Source: an uncultured Acidimicrobiales bacterium
GTDB lineage: Bacteria > Actinomycetota > Acidimicrobiia > Acidimicrobiales > UBA10347
Length of the DNA stretch: 46,143 nt
Assembly: GCA_938015575.1 (NCBI GenBank)
Contig: CALLPT010000157.1
Coordinates: 1-46,143 of the forward strand
Reading direction: 5' to 3'
The notes under the pieces were generated by a model. The model worked only from the letters and a program-made list of their open reading frames with translations, was not told the origin of the DNA and did no database searches. A program made the translations under genes and the position numbers. Every line of letters starts with the position of its first letter. Positions within the stretch are counted from its first letter, which is position 1. This document shows, piece by piece, positions 45,361 through 46,143 of the stretch.

Positions 45361-46143
45361 ATGAGCGAACCGACGACCGGCAACTACGAAGTGACGGCCG
45401 ACGACTTCCAGGCGAGCAACGCCGGGAGCTTCACGGGCGAGGAGTGGGAAGCACGCCAGGATCTGGCCGCCATGTATCGCCTGTCGGCCCACTTCGGCTA
45501 CGACGACACCGTCTGGAACCACATCACCATGCGGGTGCCGGGCAGCGACCACGACTTCTTCTTGAACAAGTTCGGCCTGCTCTACAACGAGGTCACCGCC
45601 TCGAACCTGATCAAGGTCGACAGCGACGGCACCGTGCTCGAAGGTCCTGCCGACGTGAACACCGCCGGCTTCGTGATCCACTCGGCGATCCACAATGACT
45701 TTCCCGAGTGGAAGGTCGTGTTCCACGCCCACGTGCCCGACGCGCTCGCCGTCACCGCGCTCAAAGACGGCTTTCAGCACATCGTGCAAGACACGTCGAT
45801 GCTGTATGGCGAGATCGGCTATCACGATTGGGAAGGCCTCTCGCTCACCCTCGAAGAGCGCGAACGCCTGGCCAAGAACATGGACGGCAACCGTGCGCTC
45901 ATCATGCGCAACCACGGCTTCCTCACCGTCGGCAAGACCGCCGGCGAGGCGTTCATGGTGATGCACTACCTGATCCGAGGCTGTCGGGCGATGCTTGCCG
46001 CATACGGCACCGGGCTCGAGGTCGATCCGGGGCCACGGGACATCTGGGAACTGTCGAAGCGCCAGTACGACCACTTCCCGCTCGGCGACAACGAGTGGCC
46101 GGCGCTGCGCCGGATGCTCGACCAGATCGATCCGTCGTACAAG
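45361..46143 (+). CDS. Class II aldolase/adducin family protein (3' truncated by the window edge)
   Basis: Not in the ORF track because it has no stop. Translation: MSEPTTG...ARQDLAAMYRL...WNHITMRVPG...FGLLYNEVTASNLIKVD...GFVIHSAIH...VFHAH...MRNHGFLT. Confidence 0.88.
   Translation, partial: MSEPTTGNYEVTADDFQASNAGSFTGEEWEARQDLAAMYRLSAHFGYDDTVWNHITMRVPGSDHDFFLNKFGLLYNEVTASNLIKVDSDGTVLEGPADVNTAGFVIHSAIHNDFPEWKVVFHAHVPDALAVTALKDGFQHIVQDTSMLYGEIGYHDWEGLSLTLEERERLAKNMDGNRALIMRNHGFLTVGKTAGEAFMVMHYLIRGCRAMLAAYGTGLEVDPGPRDIWELSKRQYDHFPLGDNEWPALRRMLDQIDPSYK

Overview
High-GC chromosomal window, most consistent with an Actinobacterium (probably Acidimicrobiia; inferred from GC content, an F420-type LLM enzyme, frequent leaderless-type starts and an LAXTG sortase signal). 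It holds about 48 tightly packed metabolic genes. I found no rRNA, tRNA, CRISPR array, integrase, transposase or phage genes. Main blocks: (1) DapC-like aminotransferase, CntA/YeaW-like Rieske oxygenase and an SDR; (2) a divergent queuosine-salvage (Qng1/DUF2419) homologue; (3) assorted SDR, PhyH, CMD, SMP-30, MFS, a nitroreductase-SRPBCC fusion, CoA-transferase and crotonase genes; (4) a PhyH-DUF4129-MoxR-DUF58 operon; (5) a siroheme synthesis / sulfite reductase / DUF4202 / metZ operon with a clear TTGACC-N17-TATCTT promoter and a CymR/IscR-like (Rrf2) operator; (6) LLM, acyl-CoA dehydrogenase, MscS, EEP, MFS, a short orphan RND transporter, TerB, aminotransferase, GNAT and hydrolase genes; (7) a GntR-controlled dimethylglycine/sarcosine-dehydrogenase-like (GcvT family) gene that reads without a stop into etfB through a linker derived from a dispersed repeat, followed by etfA; (8) a sortase-anchored fasciclin protein and YchJ; (9) a BetI-like TetR regulator divergent from a 2OG-Fe(II) oxygenase / dehydrogenase / class II aldolase cluster. 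The strongest candidates for novelty are the repeat-made GcvT-EtfB read-through, the BetI-regulated oxygenase cluster, the sulfite reductase with two complete Cys motifs plus DUF4202, and the divergent Qng1. All family assignments come from motif recognition, not database searches.
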